Positions 50,600-64,000 of a DNA stretch of 64,000 bases are shown piece after piece (position 1 is the stretch's first letter; every line of letters begins with the position of its first letter). Origin of the DNA: Octopus bimaculoides (taxonomy: Eukaryota); NCBI RefSeq assembly GCF_001194135.2, contig NC_068997.1:4073074-4137073 (forward strand), read 5' to 3'. The notes beneath the pieces are model-generated. The model ran no database searches, had not been told where the DNA came from, and worked only from the letters and a program-made list of their open reading frames with translations. Both the position numbers and the translations under genes were made by a program.

Positions 50600-52980
50600 T
50601 TTAAAGTATTCGTTTCTACTCTACGCACAAGGTCCGAAATTTGGGGGGAGGGGCCAGTCAACTAGATCGACGCCAGTACGCAACTGGTACTTAATTTATC
50701 GACTCCGAAAGGATGAAAGAGAATGTCGACCGGAATTTGAACAATGAAATACCGCTAAGCATTTCGCCCGTCCTAACGTTTCTTATTTCTTTATTGCCCA
50801 CAAGGGGCTAAACATAGAGGGGGACAAACAAGGGCAGACAAAGGGATTCAGTCGATTAGATCGACCCCGGTGCGTACCTGGTACGTAATTTATCGACCCC
50901 GAAAGGATGAAAGGCAAAGTTGACCTCGGCGGAATTTGAACTCAGAACGTAAAAACAGACGAAATACCGCTAGGCATTTCGCCCGGCGAGCTAACGATTT
51001 TGCCAGCTCGCCGCCTTTTAAACCTAATGACAGACGAAATAGGGCTAGGTATTTCGCCCGGCGTGCTAACGATTCTACCAGCTCGCCGCCTTTGCCTCAT
51101 AAAATATTACTCCGAAAGAAATCAAAGAAATAGACCCCATAATATTTAAGTGATACCTGGACAAATTTCATCAAGAAATACCCGACAAAATTTGAAGCAA
51201 TTGTTGTATCTATCTTCGTTACGTTCTGGTTTAAGATTCTCCCGGAGTCACCTTTGCCTTTCATCCTTCTGGAATCAATGAAATAAAGTATTGTTGAAGT
51301 ATTGATACTCTCATTCAATTGACTTAGCACATCTAAATTAATTGCATTGAGCTTATTTTAGAAATCATATTTACCTTCATTCCCTTTCGTTACATTCTGA
51401 GTTCAAATTTCAGCGAGATCAAACTTGCCTTTAATGATTTTGAGATCGATAAAATACATTACCAGTCAATCACTGAGATGACTGGTATCGACTAATTCCT
51501 TTCATCTAAAAAAACTGCTAGCCTTCTTCCAAAATTTGAAGCCAAATATTAAGTCGGTGAGCTGACAGAATCGTTGGCGCGTCGGACAAAATGCTTAATG
51601 GCATTTCTTCTAGTTTTCAAAATGCTGAGTTCAAATCCCACCGAGGTCAACTTTACCTTCATCATTTCGGAACCAGTCAAGTATTGAGGTCGGTGTAATT
51701 GATTTTCAAAATCTCGCAAAAATTGGGGACCTTCTGCCAAAAATTTGAAAGAATTTTATGATTAAAACGATGAACTGACAAAAGCATTAGCGTGTCGGAA
51801 AAAAATGTTTTATAGTATTTCTTCCGGCTTTTTTCATTTCTGAGTTTAAATATCGACGAGATCAATTTTATCTTTCATCCCTTCGGCATCGATAAAATAA
51901 AGGACCAGGCGAATAATGGGGGTTGATGTAATCAACGAATCCTCTTCTCCTAAAATTGCAAGCCTAGTACGAACATTTGTTGTTATTTATCATCCTCTTT
52001 TACATTCTACTAAGATCGGCTTTGCATTTTTCATAATTCTCTGATTGATAGAAAAAGTATCATCCATGTACCGGGAAGATGTTGTATACCCCCGACACAA
52101 ACAATTACCGAAATAATCTAGTCTTTCTCTTTTTAAAAAAAAATAAGAACGCTCTCATCATTTTGATAACGTAGAATTGTTGATATCAGAATACAAAGCA
52201 ACTGTTTATCTAAAGTGTTAAATAGCAGATATTAGTAACAGTCGCGTTAATGAATGCAATTAGCAGTTCACTATTTTGTTAATGAATGCAATTAGCAATT
52301 CACTTCTGTTTTACTTGTTAATTGAATGTAATGAGGCTGCTATTAACTTTATTAGTGAACAAATAAACAGTGATATGCTTTCTATAATGGAAAATTACAA
52401 TTATTTTCAATCACTGGATTTACAAAATCAATAAAGTGTGGGGCGGCCTTATAAGTAGAGTGTGAACCCCACTCTAGTCAAATGTGCCTCTAATCTCTTC
52501 TTGGGATCGATAAAATACATTACCAGTCAAGTACTGAAGTCGAGATAATCGATACTTCCTCTCCACCAACGTTTTTGCCAGATGCCTAAATCAGAAACAA
52601 AAGAGTATTCTTTTCGACTCTTCACGCTCCTAGTTCAAATCCCGCCAAGGTTAACTTCGCTTTTCATCCGTAGGGGTGGTCTATAAAATAAGTAATAGGC
52701 AAGTAATGGGGTAGATTTAATCTACTAACACCATCTCCTAAAATTGCTGGCATTGAACCAGAATTTTAAACCAAAGTAGGCGAACCGGCGGAATCGTTAA
52801 CACGTCGAACAAAATGCTTAGCATTTTCTTCTGGCAGATTAGGTTCTCATTTCAAATTCCGCGAAATTCTACTTTGCCTATAATCTTTTCAAGATCGTTG
52901 AAATAAGTATCTGTCAAGAACGAGAACTGATATAATCAACTTGCATCCCCACCCCTAAAATTTCTAACCTTGTACCGTAT
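50600..52980. repeat. Dense cluster of about ten family B SINE copies or fragments in both orientations
   Basis: Recurrent GAGTTCAAAT.CC.C.GAGGTC.ACTTTGCC...ATCCTTTCG...GATAAA..AAGTACCAG modules: minus orientation at ~50600-51330, plus orientation at ~51385-51975 and 52500-52980. Confidence 0.75.
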
Positions 52981-53175
52981 TATTATCATCAATAATATTA
53001 ATACGCTTTTTGTTTTTGTGTGCACCTGTTGTGTGCGTCACACTTACTTCAAAGAAGTGGCAAAGCGAGAGAGAGAGAGAGGAAGTAAGAGAGTAATCGA
53101 GAAAGAGAGACAGAAAGTGACAGTGAGAGGTGACGGCGTTCGTTTTGTGTCTTTAAATGTTTCAGAGAGGAAGTA

Positions 53176-53221
<46 letters not shown>

Positions 53222-54059
53222 TGAAACAGACAGTGAGTGGTGACGGCGNNNNNNNNNNGAGAGATAGTGAAACAGACAGTGAGTGGTGACGGCGTTCCTT
53301 TTGTGTTTTTAAATGTTTATCACATCGCAAGAGAAGTAGATACATAGATGCATATGCACATTGTTAAATCAAAAGTGGGAGAGAAGAGGTACACAAAGGA
53401 AGTGAAAGAGAAAGAAAGAAAGTGAGAGAAACAGTAGATACATAAACCCAAAGAAAAATTCATACATAGATACATACACACAAAAAAATTAGATGTCAAT
53501 TTCACTTTTCATTACCACACGAGGATAAAATTAACTCACTGACAGGCGTAACATTAATGTAGTTCTCAGGGAGATTCAGCCTCAAACAGAATATGAAAAG
53601 GCTGGCCCTTTTGAATTACAGCTACAACTCGAGACATATATATATGAATGTATTTGTGTGTGTGTGTGTGTGTGTGTGTAGTTTAGGTTTGTTACATGTT
53701 TGCAATAATATGTGTCGCGTGGTGGAAATAATCATTCGTGGAACTGAGATATTTTGGTTGGATCATATAGTCATTGGTGTCATATTACTTTCTATATTCT
53801 GTAACTGTCACAATATACTTTTCTAGGCCTGAATTTTTTGTGGGGAGGGAGCCAGTTGATTAGATCAACTCCAGTATACAACTGATACTTAATTTATCAA
53901 CCCCGAAAGGACGAAAGGCAAAGTCGATATCGGCAGAATTTGAACTCACAACGTAAATACAGACGGTCATAATATACAAACATTTCTCATGGCACCAGTA
54001 CACTGCTTACAGATGCTTACATGTTTTATGTTTTCCGTGAATTTTTCACGAGTCCAGCT

Positions 54060-54070
54060 AATTATTATTA

Positions 54071-54104
<34 letters not shown>

Positions 54105-54121
54105 GATTATTATTATTACTA

Positions 54122-54152
<31 letters not shown>

Positions 54153-54173
54153 TACTATTATTATTATTATTAC

Positions 54174-54225
<52 letters not shown>
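54060..54225. repeat. (ATT)n microsatellite
   Basis: Directly visible. Confidence 0.95.
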
Positions 54226-54674
54226 TGTAATTATTTTTACTGCACAACAGAGAACTGCTCTTTGCATATTGGTTGTGTGCACGGTGTGGTCTGGTTTTAT
54301 AGTTACGATTGTACTGACAGTAATCTACATAATATACAAGTGTGCAATGTCTACCAATCTTATAGTATCTATGTTATGCATATTTGCATAGTCGAGGGGT
54401 TTTCATTATGTATTGATCGGTATGTATTATTTTTAATTATTTCTAACGCCCCTACAAGAAATGTCGTTTCTAGAATGCAGACGCAGACAGCGTGGTCTTG
54501 TGGAAACAAAATATCAGTGATTAAAAAGCGGAGAACAAAACCTCCATGAGATCACGATGAAGGAATTTAGCACGAGGAAGATGTGTATTATCAGAGAACA
54601 TCTATATGTGACCAAACAAGGAAGACTAGACTTTAAATACCAGAAAGCCGATCAATGTCATACCTACGAGTAGG

Positions 54675-54940
54675 GTACGTGCGATCTACTTAAATACTGA
54701 TTGGAATACATGAGACATACTTTGTATTAAATGGAGTAGGCGAGATCTGCTCTTATATTGAATGGAGCACATGAGAAATACTCTTGGATTGAGATTTACT
54801 CAAGTACTGAGTGCAGTGTACGAGAGCTCTTGTATTGATTGAAGTATACGATAGTGCAGTACAAGAGATCTACTCAAGTACTAAATGGAGTGTATGAGAT
54901 TTTCTCTTCTGTTGAATGAAGTATACGAGATCTACTTGTG
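54675..54940. repeat. Degenerate ~30-bp minisatellite (approx. AGTACTGA.TGGAGTA.A.GAGATCTACTC)
   Basis: Recurring TGGAGT..GAGATCTACT..GTA.TGA motifs at roughly 30-bp spacing. Confidence 0.6.
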
Positions 54941-55281
54941 ACATCAATGAAAATTACTTTCCGTAAGGATTAGGTATGACGACATGTCAATGGTTTCCCA
55001 CAGTGTTTGGTATGGCAGTGCTAGCATTGATGAATAACGGACCGGGTTATTTTCCAAAACTGTGAGTAGGAAATATGCGAGAAATGGAGGGAACGGTAAA
55101 AGCAGAAGGACTGGGTTTTTCATCGCAGACACAATCTTCATCAGTTAATTTAAGTGAGGAAGGACTACCATGTTCCAACACAAGGTTAATTTCAAACATG
55201 TTACGGGAAGGCGGCAAATTCAAGGTAGATAAATATTTCGACTCTTCAGTTTCACCTTGTTGTTGTTGTGATGATGGTAGT

Positions 55282-55352
55282 AGAAGAAGAAGAAGAAGAA
55301 GAAGAAGAAGAAGAAGAAGAAGAAGAAGAAGAAGAAGAAGAAGAAGAAGAAG

Positions 55353-55381
<29 letters not shown>
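55282..55381. repeat. (GAA)n microsatellite
   Basis: Directly visible. Confidence 0.95.
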
Positions 55382-55383
<2 letters not shown>

Positions 55384-56453
55384 GGACGTGGACGTGGACG
55401 TGGCGGGAGCGGCGGCGACTTATCATTAAGTGGAAGAGAAACTATAATCAAAACTATTTCAGCTTTAATGAGCTCGTCTTTGTAAAGAAGTCTCCAGCTA
55501 CGGGTTCACGCTTGGTTCTCAATTAAGATGTTTGTTTTGACAATTACAGTGTTCCAGGTTTGATTTCATTACGTGGCACCAGAAACAAGAGTATTCTACC
55601 AAAATCCTACTTTAACTGTAACAATATGGCCGAAATTTTGTAGACGGAATCTGTGTGGAAGCTCCGAATGGTAGGCGTCTTTGTGGAACTAAACAATTAC
55701 CCAATTAAAATACTTCATCTGGCTCCGGAAACGGGGTTATTTTACTAATGTTCACACTGTTGCAAATCAGTTCCGGTTTCAAGATAACTTCTCTTCCTAT
55801 CAAACTCAGGATTCCTGAACAAGGACCTCCATTGATACCCTTCTTGTGTACTCAACTAAAAGAACTCTGTTGTTCTCATTTCTCAGAAGATAGACTATGA
55901 TATCTGCCTGCTGTCTCTAACGCCCACGCATAGATTCGTTTTGTCTTATAGCTAGGATAAATCGACTCATTTGAGAGAAGTGTAGCTGAATTTTAAGGCA
56001 CAGAATTGTCTCCTATACACATTTATGGGATCTTAATCTACCTTCCTCTAAATTTGAAATTACTACTATCCCTCCAATTAGATTATATAGAATTTAAATT
56101 CTTGTTTGATTCACTAGTCTGTTGAACAGCAGCATAGTCGAGATGGTATGTTTTCTTCTCTTACTCTTGTTTTTTGCACACATCTTCAAAATGTCTTTCT
56201 AATATGTAATTCCATTATGCAGCTGAGGAGTACATTTTCGTTGTACATTCTATGTAGTGTTCTCACTACATGAATAAATGGGGATTGTACGAAACGTACG
56301 TACTGCTATAACCTATTGAATTTTTGTTGCTTTTCTTCAAATTTTATTCACCAAATCTCTTGATTTTGTTTTTGGTTTTTACCCTACCAAATTCTGGTGC
56401 CTCAAACATTTTAAGTACCACATTTAATCTTTTGATTAAATCTATATTATTAT

Positions 56454-56454
<1 letters not shown>

Positions 56455-56534
<80 letters not shown>
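56455..56534. repeat. Compound (GATA)n(GATT)n microsatellite
   Basis: Directly visible. Confidence 0.95.
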
Positions 56535-56535
<1 letters not shown>

Positions 56536-57302
56536 TTTAAGTGAAGGCAATACAAAACACTTGGTTGCCTTGTTTCATCGTTTGTAGTTTGCCTTATTAT
56601 GACACTATTTTGAATGCAATTAACGAGTCAAAACTGAAAAAGCTCCAAAACCATTCTAAATATTTGTGTTTGCTTTGTTTTGCTTTGTGAACACATTAGA
56701 TCAGCATTAATTGGATGTTAACTGGTTGCCAATCTATTTTTCCAACGACGTTCAATGTGAGTATTATTGTTTGTAAGTATATGTTTGGTGTTGCACCAAA
56801 ATATATAACAGCTTTTCAAGTTTAGTCCCTGTAGTCTTTCAAACCAGAGAATCTCACGCCAGACTCAGCGACTATCAGAATTTATGATTCTATGCATACA
56901 TTCTCTCTGCATTTTTTCAGTTGAATTGTCCATGCAAATTCGTCCTCGGTAGAATCTGAGCTTGAAACGTAAGGAACAGAAAAAAAGACCGCTAAGTATT
57001 CTGTCCAAAGCGGTAACGATTTTGCCAGTTCGCTACATTAATAATAATAATTCTTTTTACTATAACCACAAGGCTTAAAGTTTGGCGGGAGGGTGCGAGT
57101 CGATTGCATTGACACGTGTTGTCCAACTGGTACTCATTTCATCAGCGCCGAAATAATAGAAGACAAAGTCGACTTCGGCATCGTTGGAGCTCAAAAAGAA
57201 AGACGAGGTAATCGGTGCACTTGGCACAAAAACCCAAACTGCTACTTTAGAGACTGAGGATTACTGGAATTCAGACACATATTGTTGACGTACAGAAAAG
57301 TT

Positions 57303-57381
<79 letters not shown>

Positions 57382-58744
57382 GAGTAAATGTCTATATTCT
57401 GAAGGTTACAATCAAAGAAGCGTGTGGTGTCGACGTAGATATTATCATATGGATAGCAGAATGGGCAGTGAGCCCGTTTTGTTTCGGTGCTGGTGCTAGT
57501 AGTAGCAGCTCCCCAAATGATGGTTTTGTCGGTGCCGTTGAGGTCACGCTGGAGGCGATGTTAGAAAAGTGGCTGTAGATTGGCAGCAACGGTGGTGAAG
57601 GTGGTTTTCGATGGTATTAAATGCTGTAGTAGTAGTCAGTGATGGTGATGTCTGCATCGATGTTGTTAGTGATTTTGATAAATGTCGTGATAGTAGTTGG
57701 CATCACCGACTAATATGGCACAAACAGCATCATAATTTGGTTGACATTGAATTGAAAGTTTCGCATTGGAGGCCAGTCTTCATCGAAAGTTCGAAGTCAG
57801 TGTCAATTTTTTTAATTATATGAATTCAGTTCTTTTCAGTTAATACACATACAAAGAAACATATCAATTGGAATATAATAACGTATAACTTAAATACACT
57901 TTATCCAGCTGCTGACGTTTTACCCCAGCTCAGCTTCAACTCAATACATATATGAACAAAAATGTTCAAACCGTGGTCACCACATGTTATTTTTTGATTT
58001 TCAAATAGATTGCATCATGTAGTAAATTAGCTAATACCTCTTCCTTTATAAAAATTAGACAATTATAATGATTCTCAAGTGATTTAGCTGCTATTTCTAT
58101 CATACCGCGTAGATAGTGCAATGATTACACCATTATGGTAATACAACAACAATGACAATGTTTTCTGCTCTAAGCTCTATGGTTTTCGTGTTATGTCTGT
58201 TGATTTTAATGAAATCACTTAACATTTTAAAATCACTTAAAATCGAACAAAGACGCTTTTTTTTTCAAATCGAGCATAAATTATTATGAATAACTTTTTG
58301 TTTTAAAATCTTTTCTGTGTTTTCTCATTTTCATTTCATTCTATTATATGTTTATTAAAATTTATTTTGAAGAATATTTGTGTTGATAAATAGCAATCTT
58401 TCATTAGTTAGTTTGTCTTTATATAGCTGGTTTAGCTGAGTGGGTAAGTCACTGGATTGGACTCTCACTCCTATGAGATGCTGCAGAACATATTTGAATC
58501 CTGTTCACACAGATCAATGATAGACAGTGAGTTAGCTGAATCCTCGGAGCGTCGGGTCAAATATTTAGTTACTCCTCTCTATATCTCGAGTTCGAATTTT
58601 TCCGAAGTCCACTTTGTATTTCATTTATCTCCAGTGGATCATTTACAGTTCCAGTGATATAATGGGATCGATATCATTGCATGCTCCTTCTCTTACAATT
58701 TCATGGTCTTGTTCTTGTGTTAGTTATCAATATTTCATCTATTG

Positions 58745-59175
58745 TTAAGGTGGCAGGCTGGCAGAATTGTTAGCACGCCGGGCAAAATGCATAGCGCCAT
58801 TTCGTCCCTCTTTGCGCTTTGAGTTCAAATTCCACCGAGGTCGACCTCTTCCGGGGTCGATAAAATAAGTAGTGAAGTACTGGCGTCAATGTAAATGACT
58901 TTCCCCGTCCCCCGAACTTGCCGGCTTTGCGCCAAAATTTAAAACCAATATTTTACCTCTTGTTAAGGCAGCGAATCGGAAGAATTGTTATCGCGCCTAA
59001 CGAAATGCTTAGGAGCATTTCTTCCGCCTCTGTGTTATAAGTTCAAATTTTGCCAGGGTCAACTTTGCCTTTCATGTTTTGGGGGCCGATTAAATAAGTT
59101 CCACCTGAACACTGGGATCTATGGAATCGACTTAATCCTCACCCGAAATTGCTGGCCTTGTGCCAAAATTTGAAA
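58745..59175 (+). mobile_element. Two head-to-tail family B SINE copies
   Basis: TTAAGGTGGCAGGCTGGCAGAA... and TTAAGGCAGCGAATCGGAAGAA..., each ending CCAAAATTT.AAA. Confidence 0.7.
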
Positions 59176-61137
59176 GCAGTAATTTATCTGTTGTTTATCT
59201 CGAAGTTAATCCTCAACAAACTGATCGAAAGCATTCCAAACATAAAATCCTACCTATACGCAAGAACTTTATTGTCCATGTCCACAATATGGAGGCATTT
59301 CACAGAGATTTGGTTGGCGTTTCTAGCAGATACAGTGACATTTCGAGGATTCAAGGACTGAATATATTTGTACAGCAGTGGAGTAACAGAAACAATACGA
59401 TTTCAGATATAGATGAGGTCAGAGTTGCTTTTCCTTCGTTCTTTCGTTCCTTTTTCTATACATAGAGTATCAGTAAATTACAGAGATTCGATACAATCGG
59501 GTGTCTTTGGAAGACATTGTGGCAGGGAAACAGATGACGTCCTTGGGCCATTTCAGAGACCTTGTGATTGGTGGCAGGAACTGAACTCTAGCCTATGATC
59601 TGACTCGAACGCTCGAATGCTTGACAAAAGAGAGGATTTCGCTACAAGCAATCCAGTCATGATGTTCAACCGGGCGTCATTTTGTAGCCTCCACTCAAAG
59701 ATTACACGGCTGCATTATAAATTTTTGACATTTTGCTAAAATAATAAATCGATATTTTGTCTATAAAAAATTACGTTGTTGTTTCTTTGGACACTTAACA
59801 ATATTTGGAGATTTTTAACAATAAAATTTTCATAAATTTTGACATTTCAAAATACATTTTAGTGATTTAAATTCAAGAAAAACATCATTTTCTTCTTTTT
59901 TCTAAACCGCAAGATAGTATTTAGCGAATTAATTACTGATACACTGTGTTTGTAAATATGGTTATAAATAAATAAAGTATCTGCTTAAATAAACACGGAC
60001 ATAGCTTGACCGCTATAATTATATAAAATCTGCTTGAATAACAATAGAGGCTGATAAATAGTTATATTATATAGAATGAATTGTATATAATACAATATCT
60101 GTTTCTTGTGTATATACTATATATATATATATATATATATATACTGTATATTATTGGGAAGATTGAACTTCTGAAGATGTTACTGACTTAAAAATCCCTT
60201 AGCTGGGATTCTACGGAAATGGACTGGAATTGAATCTCTCAGGTAAAATGAAATATTCGTAAAACATTGCCTAGGCATTGCCCATTTTTGTAACCAATTA
60301 CAAAGGGCTCAGGCATACATACACGCGTTATATATATATATATATATATATATTTGTACACACGTGTGTGCTTGCATGTCTGTCTCTTTTTTCATCAGAA
60401 GAAAANNNNNNNNNNNNNNNNNNNNNNNNNNNNNNNNNNNNNNNNNNNNNNNNNNNNNNNNNNNNNNNNNNNNNNNNNNNNNNNNNNNNNNNNNNNNNNN
60501 NNNNNNNNNNNNNNNNNNNNNNNNNNNNNNNNNNNNNNNNNNNNNNNNNNNNNNNNNNNNNNNNNNNNNNNNNNNNNNNNNNNNNNNNNNNNNNNNNNNN
60601 NNNNNNNNNNNNNNNNNNNNNNNNNNNNNNNNNNNNNNNNNNNNNNNNNNNNNNNNNNNNNNNNNNNNNNNNNNNNNNNNNNNNNNNNNNNNNNNNNNNN
60701 NNNNNNNNNNNNNNNNNNNNNNNNNNNNNNNNNNNNNNNNNNNNNNNNNNNNNNNNNNNNNATATATACATATATATATATATAATATATATATATATAC
60801 ACATATATATATATCAAGTCTATATATTTATACATTGAGTTTTATATCTCTTCTTTTTTCTCCTAAGTGTATACGCTTGTGTATGTGCATATATGAGATT
60901 ATGTATGTATTAACCGTATATTGTTATATATATTTATATGTGTATGCAATATATATATGTACATCTCTGTGTATAAACATGCATATATACATACCCAAAC
61001 ATGTATACACATACGCATACATGCACAAACAGGCAAACATAAATACATGCATGCATAAATACAGACAGACAGACAGACAGAAATATTGTGAGTTCAACTG
61101 TCGTAATAAAAAATTCGCATTGATTATGCCACTACCT

Positions 61138-61560
61138 TAAGGCGGTGAGTTAACACAATCGTTATAACGCTGAGCGAAATGCTTAGTGGTATCTCGTTTG
61201 TCGCTACGTTCTGAGTTCAAATTCCACCGAGGTCGACTTTGCCTTTCATCACTTTTGGGTCGAGTAAATAAGTACCAGTTACGCACTGGGGTCGATGTAA
61301 TCAACTTAAACTTTTCCCCCATATTTCAGGCTTTGTGCCAACAGTATAAAGGATTAATTGTGCCACCATCTTAGGGCATCAACCTGGCAGAATCTTTAGC
61401 ACGCTGGGAGAAATGCTAAGCAGCATATCGACTGTCGCTACGTTCTGGGTTCAAATTCCACCGACCTCGACTTTGCATTTCAACCTTCCGGGTTCGATAA
61501 ATTAAGTACCAGTTGCGTACTGAGAGCAATGTAATCGACTAATTCTCCCCAAAAACTTTC
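61138..61560 (+). mobile_element. Two head-to-tail family B SINE copies
   Basis: TAAGGCGGTGAGTT... (61138) and TAGGGCATCAACCTGGCAGAA... (~61372), with the conserved GTTCAAATTCCACCGA core. Confidence 0.75.
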
Positions 61561-61617
61561 AATTAATTATGCCACCACCTTTGCATTCAAAAGATGCCTG
61601 ACATGTTTTTATAATTA

Positions 61618-61674
<57 letters not shown>

Positions 61675-62249
61675 NNNNNNNNNNNNNNNNNNNNNNNNNN
61701 NNNNNNNNNNNNNNNNNNNNNNNNNNNNNNNNNNNNNNNNNNNNNNNNNNNNNNNNNNNNNNNNNNNNNNNNNNNNNNNNNNNNNNNNNNNNNNNNNNNN
61801 NNNNNNNNNNNNNNNNNNNNNNNNNNNNNNNNNNNNNNNNNNNNNNNNNNNNNNNNNNNNNNNNNNNNNNNNNNNNNNNNNNNNNNNNNNNNNNNNNNNN
61901 NNNNNNNNNNNNNNNNNNNNNNNNNNNNNNNNNNNNNNNNNNNNNNNNNNNNNNNNNNNNNNNNNNNNNNNNNNNNNNNNNNNNNNNNNNNNNNNNNNNN
62001 NNNNNNNNNNNNNNNNNNNNNNNNNNNNNNNNNNNNNNNNNNNNNNNNNNNNNNNNNNNNNNNNNNNNNNNNNNNNNNNNNNNNNNNNNNNNNNNNNNNN
62101 NNNNNNNNNNNNNNNNNNNNNNNNNNNNNNNNNNNNNNNNNNNNNNNNNNNNNNNNNNNNNNNNNNNNNNNNNNNNNNNNNNNNNNNNNNNNNNNNNNNN
62201 NNNNNNNNNNNNNNNNNNNNNNNNNNNNNATATATATATATATATATAT

Positions 62250-62765
62250 AACACTGAAATACTAAAGAGTAAGTTTATTCAATAAAATGCCATTGGTCTC
62301 CAGACAACTTCGGAATCTCCCTGCAACACTTCTGGGCGGTCTCCTTGTTTAAGTAGGTGAATGCTGCCATTATCTTCAGTTCATCTTTGCTGTTATAAGG
62401 AAATGTGTTGGTCTTTCGCCCCACACATAATAATCAAGGAGTTTGCAGTCTGGTGAGTTAGGTGGCCAGATTTTAGGGGTCATGTGGTCGCTGAAATTAT
62501 CTGTCAGCCATGACTGGGTTCTCCTGCTTGTGGCGTGGTGCAGAGTCCTGTTGCCAGACATACGGGTCTTCCAGCAGCCACCTTCTTGACCCAGGGCAGT
62601 ACTGCCTCCTCCAGGCACTTGATGTAGGCCTCTGTGTTGAATGTGAGGCCGTATGAGAAGATGAATGGAGGCATAACGTCACCATCACTAGTGATCACAC
62701 AAAATACCATGATGTTGACTGGACGTTTGATTTTTATCACACTCGGTACATGTCCTCAGATTGAC
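62250..62765 (-). mobile_element. Second maT (DD37D)-type Tc1/mariner fragment, frameshifted
   Basis: MVFCVITSDGDVMPPFIF...YIKCLEEAVLPWVKKVAAGRP, WQQDSAP, SRRTQSWL..NFSDHMTPKIWPPNSPDC.LLDYYVWG. Same family as 15959-16807. Confidence 0.85.
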
Positions 62766-63299
62766 ACCCAAACANNNNNNNNNNCCCTAACACACACAAA
62801 CACACACACACACTGAAGCACACACACGCACATACATATGACTGGCGACCATGCAGTTTCATATTAAAGACACTCAGAAAACATTGGTCATCTCGGAGCT
62901 ATAGAAGAAGACGCTTGTTCAAGGTGTCACCACTGGGACTCAACCGGAAACAAAGTAGTTGCAAGGCATACTTGTTAACCACACAGTCATACCTTTAATT
63001 AACTTGAATTTAATTATCTATTTGACACTGAGAGGACTTGACGGGTAGAGTTGCTCGAGAGAAAAATCTGAATGAATAACAGTATTTCGTAATTAAACAA
63101 TTGGTAGCAAATATAGTATTTGATTGTCAAAATAGGAGTCAATCCAATCGTATGAGTACAGCGTGGACGGCCCTAGAAATGAGGAACCCTTTGTGACTGA
63201 TCAACATCGTTTTTGAAGACATACTCCACCAACAGGAAGACATGTATGAAATAGGGTTCACTTCGAGCGAAAATGCAGAAAGTTTGGTGGGGGATAATA

Positions 63300-63690
63300 A
63301 TTAACGTATCTTTACGTTCTGAGTTCTGATCCCTCATCAAACTGGCCTACGCTCATTCATTCGGGGTCGATAAATTAAGTACCAGTTACGCCCCGGGATC
63401 GATGTAATCGACTTTAATCCCTTTGTCTGTCCTTGTTTGTTCTCTCTGTGTTTAGCCCCTTGTAGGCAATAAAGAAATAAGAAAAGTTAACACGCCGGGC
63501 GACATGCTTAACGGTATTTCGTCTGTCTTTACGTTCTGAGTTCAAATTCCGCCGAGGTCGACTTTGTCCTTCATCCTTTCGGAGTCGATAAATTAAGTAT
63601 CAGTGGCGTACGGGAGTCGATCTAATCGACTGCCCCCCCTCCCCCAAAATTTCGGGCCTTGTGCCTAGAGTAGAAAAGAATAAGAATATG
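63300..63690 (+). mobile_element. Family B SINE copies (variant tail plus canonical copy)
   Basis: CGGGGTCGATAAATTAAGTACCAG...GTCTGTCCTTGTTTG...AATAAAGAAATAA, then CACGCCGGGCG...CCTAGAGTAGAAAAG. Confidence 0.75.
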
Positions 63691-63790
63691 TATATCTGTA
63701 TTTTTATACAGTAATCCTTCCACAAGCTTTTCCGTTGATGGGTCATCTGGAACCTTCTTCGTTGAAACCGACTGAGTATCACTCTGTGAG

Positions 63791-63837
<47 letters not shown>

Positions 63838-63844
63838 TTTAATC

Positions 63845-64000
63845 TCCCCGCGATAAGTGAAAATCCGCGAAGTAGAAACAGTACTGTACTGTGCATTTTT
63901 TAAAATAATTTTTATAATTTGTATATATTTATTTTGTTATAAATGCAAAACAACACCACGGAGGAATCGGCGTAAGCTTAGAATAGTAAACCGCGATAGG
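63845..64000 (+). mobile_element. Possible Tigger/pogo-type MITE terminal fragment running off the window
   Basis: Repeated CCGCGATA.G / CCGCGAAGTAG motifs typical of Tigger-like subterminal repeats. No complete TIR pair is visible. Confidence 0.35.

Noticed and set aside
53100-53300. Repeated GAGAGATAGTGAAACAGACAGTGAGTGGTGACGGCG units
   Set aside because: Identical copies flank a 10-N gap in GA-rich low-complexity sequence; not a CRISPR array or functional repeat.
59200-59560. Faint resemblance to an RT core (SKAF, SGVF)
   Set aside because: Too degenerate to assign by eye; needs a TBLASTN/HMM search.

Overview
AT-rich, microsatellite-dense animal genomic scaffold with several N gaps. The SINE/LINE/DNA-transposon repertoire resembles cephalopod (Octopus-like) DNA; this is inference from recognised repeat types, not a database match. 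Most of the window is repeats: several tRNA-derived SINE families (dozens of copies, with a dense cluster at 50.6-53 kb); LINE fragments (RTE, R4/Dong, CR1-like, Tx1/L1); two maT (DD37D) Tc1/mariner remnants and a rosa-like remnant; a degraded Helitron with an intact 3' end; a near-complete pogo element with TIRs and a 379-aa transposase ORF; and a probable Chapaev3 deletion derivative. Two candidate host genes were read from splice sites and frames: a minus-strand multi-exon gene of unrecognised family (exons at about 1-7 kb) and, more weakly, a divergently oriented plus-strand membrane-protein gene (8.5-18.7 kb). The most striking structural signal is a ~220-bp Penelope-like foldback at 41.9-42.1 kb. 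Its right arm folds into a minimal type I hammerhead ribozyme with a palindromic stem III, and its left arm carries a core-mutated copy on the other strand. There is no CRISPR array and no rRNA or bona fide tRNA gene. Most ORFs in the supplied track are microsatellite or gap artefacts.
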